From Hyphomonas sp. (GTDB lineage Bacteria > Pseudomonadota > Alphaproteobacteria > Caulobacterales > Hyphomonadaceae): a stretch of DNA of 64,000 nucleotides. This document shows, one piece after another, positions 63,354-64,000 of the stretch. Every line of letters starts with the position of its first letter. Position 1 is the stretch's first letter. A program made the position numbers and the translations under genes. The DNA lies in contig NZ_JAWKUW010000002.1 in NCBI RefSeq assembly GCF_041398385.1, forward strand, positions 245,125-309,124. Reading direction: 5' to 3'. The notes beneath the pieces are model-generated. The model was given only the letters and a program-made list of their open reading frames with translations. It had not been told where the DNA came from and made no database searches.

Positions 63354-63404
63354 TAGGTCATGGAATGGCGGCAGTCGTCATTCCCGCAAGCAAGGACTAC
63401 TCAG

Positions 63405-63518
63405 ATGACCCTCTCGAAAACCGAATCCCGCCAGTCGCTGTTTGCCTTCATGGCAGCCCTGCCGCTGACGGCAGCCCTGATCACGCTGACCCTGTCGCTC
63501 ACCGAATTCGTGGTCTGA
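63405..63518 (+). CDS. 37-aa single-TM small protein (not in ORF track)
   Basis: MTLSKTESRQSLFAFMAALPLTAALITLTLSLTEFVV*; AAGGA RBS 8 nt upstream; host-like codon usage. Confidence 0.65.
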   Translation: MTLSKTESRQSLFAFMAALPLTAALITLTLSLTEFVV

Positions 63519-63544
63519 GACGTGGCCCCGAAAAATCAGGCTCT

Positions 63545-64000
63545 TCAGGCCTTGGCACCCCTACGGCCCGTTACATAGGCCGGATCAAGCTTCGCCGCCG
63601 TCTCATCGAGCGGCCAGCGCGGTCTTGCACCGGCGCCAAGGTCTCCTGCCTCGTCTTCGAGGCCCGCTGCCAACCGCTCCGCCCCGGCCAGGGCGATCAT
63701 GGCGGCATTATCCGTACAATGGCGCATCGGCGGAGCGAGAAGCACCGATCCTGCTGATGCCGCGACAGAATCGAGCGCTTCCCGGATCGACCGGTTTGCC
63801 GCCACGCCCCCCGCAACAACCAGCCGTTTTGTCTGTCCTTCGCCGGGCTCGAACCCGTCGAGCGCGCGGCGCGTCTTTTCTGCCAGCACATCTGTTATTG
63901 CCGCCTGGAAGCTGGCGCAGATGTTGGCCATCCGGGTTTCGGTCAGGGGCTCGGCGCCGGCAGCGCGGGCGACAGCGGTCTTGAGGCCGGCGAAGCTCAT
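63545..64000 (-). CDS. tsaD: tRNA threonylcarbamoyltransferase TsaD, 3' part
   Basis: [27 protein letters not shown]; truncated by window edge. Confidence 0.93.
   Translation of the reverse strand: MSFAGLKTAVARAAGAEPLTETRMANICASFQAAITDVLAEKTRRALDGFEPGEGQTKRLVVAGGVAANRSIREALDSVAASAGSVLLAPPMRHCTDNAAMIALAGAERLAAGLEDEAGDLGAGARPRWPLDETAAKLDPAYVTGRRGAKA

Noticed and set aside
63344-63757. 137-aa ORF from the ORF track
   Set aside because: Overlaps the tsaD 3' end antisense and lacks an RBS; the 37-aa ORF in another frame has better signals.

Overview
GC-rich alphaproteobacterial chromosomal DNA; gene content and protein sequences suggest Hyphomonadaceae, probably Hyphomonas (inference). Most of the window is housekeeping or metabolic: an interrupted his operon (hisB-H-A-F-E), xerD, aroK-aroB, glpD, uppP, gltD-gltB, phbB/phaR, regB-regA/senC, bdhA, pyrF, a quinohaemoprotein alcohol dehydrogenase and partial tsaD. 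Accessory genes sit between these blocks. No rRNA, tRNA, CRISPR array or classical transposase was recognised. The most notable observations are: (1) a small GIY-YIG nuclease gene bracketed by two related CGTC-tagged palindromic doublets, inserted between hisA and hisF; this is a candidate REP-associated mobile system without a tyrosine transposase. (2) A ~560-bp cassette at 46.4-47.0 kb whose ORF is flanked by inverted and direct repeats and carries an in-frame palindromic repeat. (3) Two small membrane-protein genes missed by the ORF track, one with its own promoter, RBS and a putative TetR operator. (4) Candidate TetR, PhaR and CtrA sites. All calls come from reading motifs by eye; no database search was run, and several start codons were re-assigned from the ORF track.
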